From: an uncultured Candidatus Saccharibacteria bacterium
Lineage (GTDB): Bacteria; Patescibacteriota; UBA1384; JACPKC01
Direction: 5' to 3'
DNA length: 64,000 bases
Assembly (NCBI GenBank): GCA_964423885.1
Contig: CAYRGD010000001.1
Coordinates: forward strand, 24,156-88,155
Positions 47,506 through 57,390 of this stretch are shown in pieces. The stretch's first letter is position 1. Every line of letters begins with the position of its first letter. Position numbers and translations under genes: made by a program. Below the pieces are notes generated by a model. That model did not search any database. It saw only the letters and a list, made by a program, of their open reading frames with translations, and had not been told where the DNA came from.

Positions 47506-47931
47506 ATGGCAGACTTCGTACTCAACACCGACGGTGGCGCACGCGGTAATCCCGGCCCGGCCGGTGCCGGCGCGGTGATCCAGGATGCGGCCGGCACGAC
47601 GGTCAAGGAAGTGTCTCGCAGCCTTGGCGAGATGACCAATAACCAGGCCGAGTACTGGGCGCTTATTTTCGGCCTGGAAGCGCTCGTAGAACTCGGCGCG
47701 GCCGGTACATTGGTCGAGATCCGGATGGATAGCGAGCTCATCGTCCAGCAATTGAAGGGTGCCTACAAAGTGAAGAACGAAGGGCTGCGGCCGCTCTACG
47801 CCCGTGCGTCCGAGCTCGTAGCCACGCTCGGCAGCGGTGTGCAGTTTGTCCACGTGCTGCGCCGGTTCAACAAACGGGCCGACGAGCTCGTGAACCAGGC
47901 GATCGACGCGGCACAGGGGCCACGCTCGTGA
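47506..47931 (+). CDS. rnhA: Ribonuclease H (type 1, RNase H-like fold)
   Basis: MADFVLNTDGGARGNPGPAGAGAVI...NNQAEYWALIFGLE...: DGG(A/S)RGNPGPAG RNase HI signature with the catalytic DEDD-like Asp/Glu. TATACT lies 9 nt upstream of the ATG. Confidence 0.8.
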   Translation: MADFVLNTDGGARGNPGPAGAGAVIQDAAGTTVKEVSRSLGEMTNNQAEYWALIFGLEALVELGAAGTLVEIRMDSELIVQQLKGAYKVKNEGLRPLYARASELVATLGSGVQFVHVLRRFNKRADELVNQAIDAAQGPRS

Positions 47932-50771
47932 GCGGTCTGAATCTCCCCCAGGAAGAAGAACGGGTCCTGGCTTTCTGGGAACGCGAACGGATCTTTGTGC
48001 GGTCGGTCGACGAACGGCCGGCGAGTAACCGCTACGTATTCTACGAAGGCCCGCCGACTGCCAACGGCAAGCCGGGCATCCACCACGTGCTAGGACGCAC
48101 GTTCAAGGACGCGATCCCGCGCTACAAGACGATGCGGGGCTACCGGGTCGAGCGTAAGGCCGGCTGGGACACGCACGGCCTACCGGTCGAGCTGCAGGTC
48201 GAAAAGCAGCTCGGCATCTCGGGCAAGCCGCAGATCGAGACGATCGTTCAGGGTGATGTCGCAGCAAGCATCGCCAAGTTCAACGCGCTCTGCCGCGAGT
48301 CGGTCTGGCAGTACAAAGACGAGTGGGAGCGGCTCACCAAGCGGATGGGGTTCTGGCTCGATATGGAGCACCCGTACGTCACGCTTGACACCGACTACAT
48401 CGAATCCGTCTGGTGGATCTTGAAGCAGGTCTGGGACAAGGATCTGCTCTACGAAGATTTCAAGATCGTGCCGTATTGCACCCGGTGCGGCACGGCGCTG
48501 TCGAGCCACGAGGTAGCGACCGGCTACGACGAGGTGACCGACCGCTCGGTCTACCTGAAATTCCCGGTCATCGGCAGGGAACGGACGTATCTGCTTGCCT
48601 GGACGACCACCCCCTGGACGTTGCCGGGCAACGTGGCGCTCGCGGTCAATCCCGACGTGACGTACAGTGTCTTCGAGCACCCGTCGGGCGAGCGGTATAT
48701 CCTGGCCGACGACCGTGAAGCGGCAGTGTTCGGCACGGCCGGCCACGCCAAGACACCGCTCACGTCCGACGAACTTTTGTCGATGCGCTACGAATCGCTG
48801 TTTACGGTACCGGCATTGGTTTCGGACGCCTCGTACAAGGTCTACCCGGCCGGATTTGTGACCACGGGCGACGGTACCGGCATTGTCCACACGGCCGTGA
48901 TGTACGGCGAGGACGACTTTGCGCTCGGCACCGCCGTCGGGCTGCCGAAGCACCACACCGTGGATCTCGACGGCAATTTCACTGCGGACGTGATCGGTTT
49001 CGCCGGCAAGAAAGCTAAGGACCCGGTGACCGAGGACGAGCTGTTGGCAGCACTGTCGGAGCGGGAGCTGGTCTTCAAAGAGGAGCCGTATACCCACACC
49101 TATCCGTTCTGCTGGCGCTGCGCGACGCCGCTGCTCTACTACGGCAAGCGGAGCTGGTTCATCCGCATGAGCGCGCTCCGCGACGAGCTCATCGCCCGGA
49201 ACGATACGGTCCGCTGGGTGCCTGACCACCTCAAGGACGGCCGGTTCGGCGAGTGGCTGCGCGAGGTCAAGGACTGGGCGATCTCGCGCGACCGCTACTG
49301 GGGCACGCCCTTGCCGGTCTGGCGCTGCCAGGACTGCGACGCCAAGCGATGCGTCGGCAGCATCGCCGAGCTCGCCGAGGCGGCCGGTGCGCCCGTACCA
49401 AGCGACCTGCACCGGCCCGGCATCGACGCGCTCACGATCCCGTGCCAGAGCTGCCCGGGCACGATGACGCGGTATCCCGAGGTGATCGACGTTTGGTTCG
49501 ATTCCGGTGCCATGCCGTTCGCCCAGCAGCACTACCCGTTCGAGCACGCCGACCGCATCGACGCGGGCCAGGATTTTCCGGCCGACTACATCGCCGAAGG
49601 CATCGACCAGACGCGCGGCTGGTTCTACACGTTGCTCGCCGTCGCCACCCTGCTCGACCGTCCCGCGCCATACAAGGCGGTGGTCTCCCTCGGGCTCGTG
49701 CTCGACAAGGCCGGCAAGAAGATGAGTAAGTCGAAAGGGAACATCGTCGACCCGTGGGCGGCGATCGACGAGTTCGGTATCGACCCGATCCGCTGGTACT
49801 TCTATTCGGTCAACCAGCCGGCCGATACCAAGCGCTTCGATCCGGCCGACATCGCGCAGGCGGTGCGGAAGGTCTTTCTGCCCGCGTGGAACATGACCGA
49901 GTTCCTGGCCCTGCACGATGCGAACGGCCGTGAGAACGATGCCGAACCCAGCGACGCGGCGGCCGCGCTCGACGCTTGGCTCGGTGAACGCCGGTCTCAA
50001 GTCATAGCGGATGTGACCCTGTCGCTCGACGCCTTCGATTTCTTCCACGCCACCCAGTCGATCCGCGACTACCTGACGGAGCTGTCCACGTGGTACGTCC
50101 GTCTGTCGCGCAAACGCGACGACGCGCAGTTCGCGGGAGAGCTCCGGACGTCACTCAAGACCGCGGCGCTGCTCCTGGCACCGTTCACCCCGTTCTTCGC
50201 CGAGTTGCTCTGGGAGCGCGTCCGCTCGGACACCGACCCGGTATCCGTCCATTTGGCAGCCTGGCCTGACAGCGGTCACGATCGTGACGGATCCTTGCTT
50301 GCGCCGATGGCGTCCGCCATGGCGTTGGTGGAGCGGGGGAGAGCGGTCCGGGCCAAACTCGGTATCGCCGTCCGCCAACCGCTCGCCTCGTTCACGTTCG
50401 TGGGAGAAGCCGACCTTGCGCCAGGTACCGCTGCCATCATTGCCCAGGAGCTCAACGTCAAGCAGGTGCTTCGTACCAACGCAGGCGACCCGTCGTTCGA
50501 CACCGTGATCACGCCCGAGCTCAAGGCCGAGGGCCTGGCGCGAGAGCTGACGCGTTCGATCCAGCAACTGCGCAAAGACGCTGGCCTGCAGCCCACCGAT
50601 CCGGCGGCAGTGACGATTGCCGGCCCAGCTGATGACCAGGACATGCTCAAGACGCATATCCCAGGTATCGAACAGACAACGGATACTGTAATCACGTTCG
50701 TGAATAGCGACGCGTTGCCCGACGACTCGGCAACGGCCGGCCCGTTCAGGCTGTCACTCACGCGGACATGA
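47928..50771 (+). CDS. ileS: Isoleucyl-tRNA synthetase
   Basis: GTG start overlapping the rnhA stop (GTGA). HIGH-region PPTANGKPGIHHVLGRT, WDTHGLPVE, KMSKS (KMSKSKGNIV), class-I editing-domain insert; 947 aa. Confidence 0.85.
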   Translation: MSGLNLPQEEERVLAFWERERIFVRSVDERPASNRYVFYEGPPTANGKPGIHHVLGRTFKDAIPRYKTMRGYRVERKAGWDTHGLPVELQVEKQLGISGKPQIETIVQGDVAASIAKFNALCRESVWQYKDEWERLTKRMGFWLDMEHPYVTLDTDYIESVWWILKQVWDKDLLYEDFKIVPYCTRCGTALSSHEVATGYDEVTDRSVYLKFPVIGRERTYLLAWTTTPWTLPGNVALAVNPDVTYSVFEHPSGERYILADDREAAVFGTAGHAKTPLTSDELLSMRYESLFTVPALVSDASYKVYPAGFVTTGDGTGIVHTAVMYGEDDFALGTAVGLPKHHTVDLDGNFTADVIGFAGKKAKDPVTEDELLAALSERELVFKEEPYTHTYPFCWRCATPLLYYGKRSWFIRMSALRDELIARNDTVRWVPDHLKDGRFGEWLREVKDWAISRDRYWGTPLPVWRCQDCDAKRCVGSIAELAEAAGAPVPSDLHRPGIDALTIPCQSCPGTMTRYPEVIDVWFDSGAMPFAQQHYPFEHADRIDAGQDFPADYIAEGIDQTRGWFYTLLAVATLLDRPAPYKAVVSLGLVLDKAGKKMSKSKGNIVDPWAAIDEFGIDPIRWYFYSVNQPADTKRFDPADIAQAVRKVFLPAWNMTEFLALHDANGRENDAEPSDAAAALDAWLGERRSQVIADVTLSLDAFDFFHATQSIRDYLTELSTWYVRLSRKRDDAQFAGELRTSLKTAALLLAPFTPFFAELLWERVRSDTDPVSVHLAAWPDSGHDRDGSLLAPMASAMALVERGRAVRAKLGIAVRQPLASFTFVGEADLAPGTAAIIAQELNVKQVLRTNAGDPSFDTVITPELKAEGLARELTRSIQQLRKDAGLQPTDPAAVTIAGPADDQDMLKTHIPGIEQTTDTVITFVNSDALPDDSATAGPFRLSLTRT

Positions 50772-51865
50772 AACGGCTCGCTGCCGGCGGCCTCGACTGG
50801 TACCTGCTTCTTTGCAGCTTGCTCCTCACGGGCATCGGCGTGAGCGTCATTTATAGCATCGCCGTCACCCGCGGCGCGATGGGATTGGTATCCGGCCAGC
50901 TCGTGGCGCTCGGCGCGGGCATTGCGGCGGGTATCGTGGCGACCCTCTACGACTACCGCCGGCTCCGGCCGGTGCTTGTCCCGGCCTACCTCGTGTCGGT
51001 CGCGCTCCTGGTCGCGGTCCACTTTTTCGGCGACCAAGTGCTTGGTGCCCGCCGTTGGATCTCGTTCGGCTTCGTCCAGCTGCAGCCGTCCGAGCTCATG
51101 AAGCTGGCGCTGGTCGGCGTCGTCGGCCGGGTGCTGGCCGATGCCGCCCGGATCCGTCTGACGACACTGGCGGGTGTCGCGCTGCTGCTCGGCTTACCTA
51201 TGGGTGTCGTACTCCTGCAGCCTGACCTCGGCACTGCCGGCGTGCTGGCCGGTACGGTCGTTTTGACGCTCGCTGCCGCCCGCGTACCGCGCCGCTACTG
51301 GCTGACCCTGTTCGCCGTGCTCGCGGTCGCCGCGCCACTGCTTATCGCCAATCTTCGGCCGTACCAGCGAAGTCGGATCGAGACGTTCTTGGAACCGACG
51401 CGCGACCCGTACGGCGACGGCTACAACGTGCTCCAGTCGCTCATCGCGGTCGGCAACGGCGGCATGTTCGGGCAGGGGATCGGCCACGGCACCCAGAGCC
51501 AACTTGAGTTCCTGCCGGTCGCGCACACCGACTTCATCTTCGCCGGCATCGCCGAGGCAACCGGTTTCGCGGGTTCGGCGCTGGTCATCCTGCTGCTGGC
51601 CTCGCTGTCGATCCGGGCATTCCTCATCGGCCGGCGGTCGCCTGACCGGTTCGGCACGTTCGTAGCGGTCGGGATCGGCTCGCTTTGGCTCGTGGAGTTC
51701 GGCGTCAACGTCGCCATGAACATCGGCCTGGCGCCGGTCACCGGCATCCCGTTGCCGTTCGTCTCGCACGGCGGGAGCGCATTGGTCGTCAACTGCATGG
51801 CCCTGGGGCTGCTGCAAAGCATCGCGCTCCGCACCCACGCCCGGTCGCTCCGGCGCGCCGATTGA
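50768..51865 (+). CDS. rodA: SEDS-family protein RodA/FtsW paralog
   Basis: Second FtsW/RodA/SpoVE-family polytopic protein (RWISFGFVQLQPSELMK, NGGMFGQGIGHGTQSQLEFLPVAHTDFIFA, PFVSHGGSAL). ATGA overlap with ileS. Confidence 0.75.
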   Translation: MKRLAAGGLDWYLLLCSLLLTGIGVSVIYSIAVTRGAMGLVSGQLVALGAGIAAGIVATLYDYRRLRPVLVPAYLVSVALLVAVHFFGDQVLGARRWISFGFVQLQPSELMKLALVGVVGRVLADAARIRLTTLAGVALLLGLPMGVVLLQPDLGTAGVLAGTVVLTLAAARVPRRYWLTLFAVLAVAAPLLIANLRPYQRSRIETFLEPTRDPYGDGYNVLQSLIAVGNGGMFGQGIGHGTQSQLEFLPVAHTDFIFAGIAEATGFAGSALVILLLASLSIRAFLIGRRSPDRFGTFVAVGIGSLWLVEFGVNVAMNIGLAPVTGIPLPFVSHGGSALVVNCMALGLLQSIALRTHARSLRRAD

Positions 51866-51921
51866 CAGGACTGGCAGGATCCGATATGGTGCCGAAAACG
51901 CTTCAGGCGGAGGATTTTCCT

Positions 51922-52203
51922 ATGGACGCGACAACGCATGCAGTGATCGAAACCGGCGGCAAACAGTACCTTGTCCAAGCAGGGGACGTGATCCGTGTCG
52001 AAAAACTTGTCCAAGAGGACAACGCCACGCTCACGTTCCGCAACCTCTTGACCGGCACCGACTCGGTGACGGCGACCGTGGTCAAGCAGACGCGGGCGCC
52101 CAAGGTGACCGGCCGGCTCTTCAAGAACAAAGTCCGATCCCGCCGCTACCCGCACGGCCACCGGCAGCACCAGACCGAACTCAAGATCGACGCTGTCAAA
52201 TGA
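51922..52203 (+). CDS. rplU: 50S ribosomal protein L21
   Basis: HAVIETGGKQYLVQAGDVIRVEKL matches the L21 N-terminus (YAVxxxGGKQxxVxxGD). GGAGG ribosome-binding site 9 nt upstream of the ATG at 51922 (alternative ATG at 51886). Confidence 0.8.
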   Translation: MDATTHAVIETGGKQYLVQAGDVIRVEKLVQEDNATLTFRNLLTGTDSVTATVVKQTRAPKVTGRLFKNKVRSRRYPHGHRQHQTELKIDAVK

Positions 52204-52388
52204 GCGCGTTCGGCAATTACCTTCGCGAAAGCCGCGACGAGCTCCGCAAGATCAAGTGGCCGAGCCGGGAACTCACGTTCCAGTACTCGGCGATCGTGAT
52301 TCTTTCGGTGACGATTGCTACGATAGTGTTCGGCGTCATTGATTTCGGCCTGTCGCGCCTCTTCACCCAACTGTTCATCCAAGGATAA
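52200..52388 (+). CDS. secE: Preprotein translocase subunit SecE
   Basis: MSAFGNYLRESRDELRKIKWPSRELTFQYSAIVILSVTIATIVFGVIDFGLSRLF: the canonical SecE C-terminal TM with an amphipathic N-terminus. ATGA overlap with rplU. Confidence 0.85.
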   Translation: MSAFGNYLRESRDELRKIKWPSRELTFQYSAIVILSVTIATIVFGVIDFGLSRLFTQLFIQG

Positions 52389-52392
52389 TCCC

Positions 52393-53064
52393 ATGGCCAA
52401 CACCGACGACCTTCAGCATCTGGAAGAACTGCCCGCCGACGACGGCGACAAGAAGCTCTTGGGCGCCATGCCGCAGAGCGACGAGCCCGCCGCCGAGGCC
52501 AAGCCCGCCGTCCGGTCGCTGCTCGGCCAGAAGCAGGCCGGCGAGCGCGGCTGGTACGTGATCCATACATACACAGGGTTTGAAGACCAAGTGGCCGAAA
52601 CCCTGAAGCAGCGGATCGAGTCGCTGGGCTTAAGCGACCGTGTCTTTACGGTCATCGTCCCGACCGAAAAGCAGATCGAAATCAAGAACGGCCGCCGCCG
52701 CACCGTCGAACGGAAGATTTTCCCGGGGTACGTCCTGGTCGAGATGATCGTGACCGACGAGTCGTGGTACGTCGTCAGGAATACGCCGAACGTGACCGGT
52801 TTCATCGGCCTGGGCGTGCGCCCGACCCCGATCCCGCTCGACGAGGTCGAACGGATCAAGAAGCGGATGGGCATGGACGAGCCGCGGTACCACATCGACT
52901 TCCGCGTCAACGACCTGGTGTCGATCAGCGACGGTCCGCTCAAGGGTTTCCAGGCGACGGTCAGCGAGCTCGACGAAGAGCGGGGCAAGGTCAAGGTCCT
53001 GGTTAACATGTTCGGCCGCGAAACCCCGGCCACGCTTGATTTCCTCCAGGTAAAGAAGGTATAA
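52393..53064 (+). CDS. nusG: Transcription termination/antitermination factor NusG
   Basis: Start MANTDD after an AAGGA ribosome-binding site. WYVIHTYTGFEDQV (NGN domain), C-terminal KOW (GDLVSISDGPLKGFQATVSELDEERGKVKVLVNMFGR). About 50-aa acidic N-terminal extension. Confidence 0.9.
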   Translation: MANTDDLQHLEELPADDGDKKLLGAMPQSDEPAAEAKPAVRSLLGQKQAGERGWYVIHTYTGFEDQVAETLKQRIESLGLSDRVFTVIVPTEKQIEIKNGRRRTVERKIFPGYVLVEMIVTDESWYVVRNTPNVTGFIGLGVRPTPIPLDEVERIKKRMGMDEPRYHIDFRVNDLVSISDGPLKGFQATVSELDEERGKVKVLVNMFGRETPATLDFLQVKKV

Positions 53065-53073
53065 GGAACCCCT

Positions 53074-53499
53074 ATGGCAAAAGCAGTCAAAACGATTCTG
53101 ACGTTGCAGGTCGCGGCCGGCAAAGCCAATCCGGCGCCGCCGATCGGTACCGTGCTCGGGCCGCACGGCATCAACATCATGGATTTCTGCAACCAGTTCA
53201 ACGAACAGACCCGGCAGCTGGGCGACACGATCATCCCGGCCAAGATTACGATCTACGAAGACCGGACGTTCGACTTTATCCTGAAGCAACCGCCGGCAGC
53301 CGTACTGCTGCGCAAGGCGGCCAACGTCCAGAAGGGCGCCGGCGCGGTCGGCAAGGAAACCGTCGGTACGGTGACGCGGGCGAAACTCCGCGAGCTGGCC
53401 GAACAGAAGATGGTCGACATGAACGCCAACGACGTCGAGGCGGCCATGAAGAGCCTCGAAGGCACCGCCCGTTCGATGGGCATCCAGATCGAAGGCTAG
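53074..53499 (+). CDS. rplK: 50S ribosomal protein L11
   Basis: MAKAVKTILTLQVAAGKANPAPPIGTVLGPHGINIMDFCNQFN: L11 N-terminal domain consensus. Confidence 0.95.
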   Translation: MAKAVKTILTLQVAAGKANPAPPIGTVLGPHGINIMDFCNQFNEQTRQLGDTIIPAKITIYEDRTFDFILKQPPAAVLLRKAANVQKGAGAVGKETVGTVTRAKLRELAEQKMVDMNANDVEAAMKSLEGTARSMGIQIEG

Positions 53500-53504
53500 C
53501 GGCT

Positions 53505-54617
53505 ATGACGGCAGGGGAGGGGACGACGCTCGCGGTATCCAGCCGCGAGCGTTTGTTGTGGGCGGCGCTCGCGAGCGACCTTCGGTTCGGGCCCAAGAGC
53601 TTCCAGCTGTTGCTCGCCCGCGTGCCTGATATCGCCACGGCCTGGGATACGCCGGCACGCGCCGTGGGGGAGTGGGGATTGCCGCGCGAGGCGGCCGAGC
53701 GGTTCCTGGCTGCCCGCCAGGCAGCGGACCTCGATGCGCTTGAAGCAGCGTTCGACCGGCACCAGGTCCGTGTCCTGACGCTCATGGATCCCGGCTATCC
53801 GTCCTTGCTCCGTGAGATCGCGGTACCGCCGGCCGTGCTCTTTCTGCGTGGCGAGCTTGCCGACCGCCCGGCCTTAGCCGTGGTCGGCACCCGGTCGATG
53901 ACGCCGTACGGCGCCCGCGTGGTCGGCGATATCGTGCCGGAGCTTGCCCGCCAGGGGATCGCGGTCGTGTCCGGGTTGGCGCTGGGCGTCGACGGCGCTG
54001 CCCATCGCGCCGCGCTGGAAGGTAACGGCGTTACCTGGGCGGTCCTTGCCTCGGGTGTCGACCGGCCGTACCCAATGACACACCGCGGCCTGGCCGAGCA
54101 GATCCTGGAACGCGGCGGTGCGCTCGTGAGCGAGTTCCCGCTGGGTACAGGTGCGCTCAAGCACCACTTTCCGATCCGCAACCGGATTATCGCGGGCCTT
54201 GCCCGGGCGACGCTCGTCATCGAAGCCTCGGACCGATCGGGCACCCTGCTCACCGCCCGCTCGGCGCTCGAAGCGAACCGCGACGTACTTGCGGTACCCG
54301 GCTCGATCTACTCGCCGCACTCGCGTGGGCCGCACGCCCTGCTCGGCCTCGGCGCCAAGCTTGTCCAGTCGGCCGCGGACGTGCTTGCCGAGCTCGACCT
54401 TGCTGACGCGGCCCAGGAACAGCAGGCCAAGGCTGTGTTACCCGATTCGGCCGAGGAGGCGGCGGTGCTGGCTGTGCTTGGGTCCGAGCCGCTGCCGCTC
54501 GACGACCTCACGGAAGCGGCAGGGCTCGATGCGGCCACGGTCCTGTCGACGCTCACGCTTATGGAGCTCAAGGGCCGCGTCCGGAATCTAGGTAACAACG
54601 CCTTCGTCCGCCGCTGA
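53505..54617 (+). CDS. dprA: DNA processing protein DprA (Smf)
   Basis: Rossmann-like core LAVVGTRSMTPYGARVVGDIVPELARQGIAVVSGLALGVDGAAHRAAL...VLASGVDRPYP, C-terminal winged helix. Confidence 0.85.
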   Translation: MTAGEGTTLAVSSRERLLWAALASDLRFGPKSFQLLLARVPDIATAWDTPARAVGEWGLPREAAERFLAARQAADLDALEAAFDRHQVRVLTLMDPGYPSLLREIAVPPAVLFLRGELADRPALAVVGTRSMTPYGARVVGDIVPELARQGIAVVSGLALGVDGAAHRAALEGNGVTWAVLASGVDRPYPMTHRGLAEQILERGGALVSEFPLGTGALKHHFPIRNRIIAGLARATLVIEASDRSGTLLTARSALEANRDVLAVPGSIYSPHSRGPHALLGLGAKLVQSAADVLAELDLADAAQEQQAKAVLPDSAEEAAVLAVLGSEPLPLDDLTEAAGLDAATVLSTLTLMELKGRVRNLGNNAFVRR

Positions 54618-54662
54618 CGGTAGACGCCCGCTGCGCGGATCGTTACACTCTGGTCTACTTCT

Positions 54663-56687
54663 ATGGCACACGCGCACCATCTCGTTATCGTCGAGTCGCC
54701 CGCCAAGGGCAAAACCATCGAGAAATACCTGGGCAAGGGCTACCGGGTGCTTGCCTCGTACGGCCATGTCCGTGACCTGCCCAAGGGCAAGCTCGGGGTC
54801 GACGTCGAGCACGGCTTCGAGCCGACCTACGTGGTGCCGACCAAGGCGAAGAAAGCCGTCGCCGCGCTCAAGAAAGCGGCCGCCGACGCCGACGAAATCT
54901 TCCTGGCCACGGACTACGACCGCGAAGGCGAGGCGATCGCCTGGCATGTGATCCAGGCGTTAGGTCTCGAGAGCGGCAAAAAGCACAAGCCGCTCCACCG
55001 CATCACGTTCCATGAAATCACCAAGTCGGCGATCGAACAGGCGGTGTCGCACCCGCGTGCGCTCGACATGGACCTGGTGAACGCCCAGCAGGCCCGCCGC
55101 ATCCTCGACCGGTTGGTCGGTTATACCTTGAGCCCGTTCCTCTGGAAGAAGGTCATGAAGGGGTTGTCGGCCGGGCGTGTCCAGTCGGTGGCGGTGCGTC
55201 TCATCGTCGACCGCGAACGTGAGATCACGGCGTTCAAACCCCAGGAATACTGGTCGGTCGAGGCGCTGCTTGATACCGCCGACAAGGAACAAATCACGGC
55301 GAGTCTCGTATCCTGGCAGGGCGAGAAGATCGAGAAGCTCACGATCGGGACGAAAGACCGGGCCGACGCCCTAGCCGCATCTCTCAAGGCCGCTACGTAC
55401 GCCGTCGCCTCGGTCGAATCCAAGGAAACCCAGAAGCGGCCGTCGGCTCCGTTCACGACCTCGACGCTCCAACAGCAGGCGGCCCACCGGCTCTACTTCT
55501 CGGCCAAGCAGACCATGAAACTTGCCCAAGACCTGTACGAAGCCGGGCATATCACCTATATGCGGACCGACTCGACCAACCTGGCCGCCGAGGCTGTCGA
55601 CGCGGCGCGCGCCTTCATCGGCCGCGAGTACGGCGCCGACTACGTCCCGGGCACGGCCGCCGCCTATAAGACCAAGGCCAAGGGCGCCCAAGAGGCGCAC
55701 GAGGCGATCCGTCCGACCGACGTCGCCGCCATGCCGGGCGTGCTCGCGCTCGAATCCGACCGCCACGCCAAGCTCTACGAACTCATTTGGCAGCGGATGA
55801 TCGCCTGCCAGATGGCACCGGCGAAGCTGAAGGCCGAGACGATCCTTGTCGACGCGACGGCCGGCGAAGCATCCGGCCACTTGAAGGCGACCGGCAACGT
55901 CGTGGTGTTCGACGGCTACCTCAAGGTCTGGCCGAGCGAGCGCGAGGACGTGCTCCTGCCTGCCCTGGCTGCCAAGGATCCGCTCACGCTCAATGAGCTC
56001 CTGGCCGACCAGCACTTTACCGAACCGCCGGCCCGCTATTCGGAAGCCACGCTCGTGAAAGCGCTTGAAGAGCACGGGATCGGCCGCCCGAGCACGTACG
56101 CGCCGACCCTGTCCACGATCCAAGACCGCAACTACGTCGAGCTCGTCGACCGGCGGTTCCACCCGACCGAGGTCGGGACGGTGGTCGTCGACATGCTGTC
56201 GAAGCACTTCCCGCAGATCGTCGACCTCAACTTCACCGCCAGGATGGAAGAAAACCTCGACGACGTGGCCGAGGGCAAGGAAACTTGGACGAAAGAGCTC
56301 ACGGATTTCTTCGGCCCGTTCGAGCGGCAGGTCAAGGAAAAGACCGAGGAAGTCGCCAAGCTCGACATGACCGAGGACGCCGGCAAAGCCTGCCCCAAGT
56401 GCGGCAAGCCGATGGTGATCCGCCACGGCCGGTTCGGCAAGTTCATTGCCTGTACCGGGTTCCCGGACTGCAAACACACCGAGCCGTTGGTAGTCTCGAC
56501 CGGCGTCACCTGCCCGGAATGCGGCAAGGGGGACGTGATCGAGCGCAAGACCCGCCGCGGCAAGACGTTCTGGGGCTGCAACCGCTATCCGGACTGCAAG
56601 TACGCCACCTGGGACGACCCGCTGAAACCGAAGAAGGAGACCGCCGCGGATGAACCACCTGCCCAAGTCGATCCAGCGGGCAATTGA
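54663..56687 (+). CDS. topA: DNA topoisomerase I
   Basis: TOPRIM N-terminus (LVIVESPAKGKTIEKYLG...YGHVRDLP), catalytic Tyr region, two C-terminal C4 zinc ribbons (CPKCGKPMVIRHGRFGKFIACTGFPDC; CPECGKGDVIERKTRRGKTFWGCNRYPDC). Confidence 0.9.
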   Translation: MAHAHHLVIVESPAKGKTIEKYLGKGYRVLASYGHVRDLPKGKLGVDVEHGFEPTYVVPTKAKKAVAALKKAAADADEIFLATDYDREGEAIAWHVIQALGLESGKKHKPLHRITFHEITKSAIEQAVSHPRALDMDLVNAQQARRILDRLVGYTLSPFLWKKVMKGLSAGRVQSVAVRLIVDREREITAFKPQEYWSVEALLDTADKEQITASLVSWQGEKIEKLTIGTKDRADALAASLKAATYAVASVESKETQKRPSAPFTTSTLQQQAAHRLYFSAKQTMKLAQDLYEAGHITYMRTDSTNLAAEAVDAARAFIGREYGADYVPGTAAAYKTKAKGAQEAHEAIRPTDVAAMPGVLALESDRHAKLYELIWQRMIACQMAPAKLKAETILVDATAGEASGHLKATGNVVVFDGYLKVWPSEREDVLLPALAAKDPLTLNELLADQHFTEPPARYSEATLVKALEEHGIGRPSTYAPTLSTIQDRNYVELVDRRFHPTEVGTVVVDMLSKHFPQIVDLNFTARMEENLDDVAEGKETWTKELTDFFGPFERQVKEKTEEVAKLDMTEDAGKACPKCGKPMVIRHGRFGKFIACTGFPDCKHTEPLVVSTGVTCPECGKGDVIERKTRRGKTFWGCNRYPDCKYATWDDPLKPKKETAADEPPAQVDPAGN

Positions 56688-57273
56688 CGAATTTTCGAAA
56701 CTGCCCGGCGTCGGTGGCAAGACCGCCGGCCGCTTGGTGTTCCACTTGATCCGCCAGTCCTCGACGCTGTCCGACTCGCTCGGGAACGCGCTCATCGACC
56801 TTAAGCGCACCCTGGTGTTCTGCGAGGACTGCTTCAACATCGCCGAGCAGACGCCCTGCGTCATCTGCGCCGATCCGGCCCGCGATGCGTCGGTACTCTG
56901 TGTCGTCGAGCAGCCGCTCGATACCGTGGCCGTCGAGAAGACCGGGTTCCGGGGCAAGTACCACGTGCTGGGCGGCGCGATTTCGCCGATCGACGGCATC
57001 GGTCCGAACGAACTCACGATCCAGGCGCTCATCGACCGCGTGAATGCCCGGGCCGAGATCGCAGAACTGATCCTTGCGACCAACCCGTCGCTCGAAGGCG
57101 AGGCGACCGCGCTCTATATCCGTAAACTCTTGGGCGAACAGGCGGCCGGCCGGAAGCTCGCGGTCACGCGGATCGCGCACGGCTTGCCAGTGGGCGGCGA
57201 TCTAGAGTACGCTGACGCCGTTACGCTGACGCGCGCGCTCGAAGGCCGCCGTGACCTTACGGCAACCAACTAG
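56650..57273 (+). CDS. recR: Recombination protein RecR
   Basis: HhH (IDEFSKLPGVGGKTAGRLVFHL), C4 zinc finger (CEDCFNIAEQTPCVIC), Toprim (LCVVEQPLD...ILATNPSLEGEATALYI). Overlaps the topA 3' end by 38 nt. Confidence 0.9.
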   Translation: MNHLPKSIQRAIDEFSKLPGVGGKTAGRLVFHLIRQSSTLSDSLGNALIDLKRTLVFCEDCFNIAEQTPCVICADPARDASVLCVVEQPLDTVAVEKTGFRGKYHVLGGAISPIDGIGPNELTIQALIDRVNARAEIAELILATNPSLEGEATALYIRKLLGEQAAGRKLAVTRIAHGLPVGGDLEYADAVTLTRALEGRRDLTATN

Positions 57274-57303
57274 GCAGCAACGGACAAAAGGGGAGGGAGG
57301 GGC

Positions 57304-57390
57304 ATGGCGACGTACTACTGCGTGGAGTGCAACCATGAGGGCGAGGAGAAGCGGTGCGAGATGTGCGGCGAGCCCGGGGAGCCGCTCTAA
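57304..57390 (+). CDS. 28-aa Cys-rich zinc-ribbon-like small ORF upstream of cysS
   Basis: MATYYCVECNHEGEEKRCEMCGEPGEPL, preceded by an unusually strong GGAGGGAGGGG ribosome-binding site 3-5 nt from the ATG. 4 Cys in 28 aa as CxxC...CxxC. Not in the ORF track because it is too short. Confidence 0.45.
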   Translation: MATYYCVECNHEGEEKRCEMCGEPGEPL

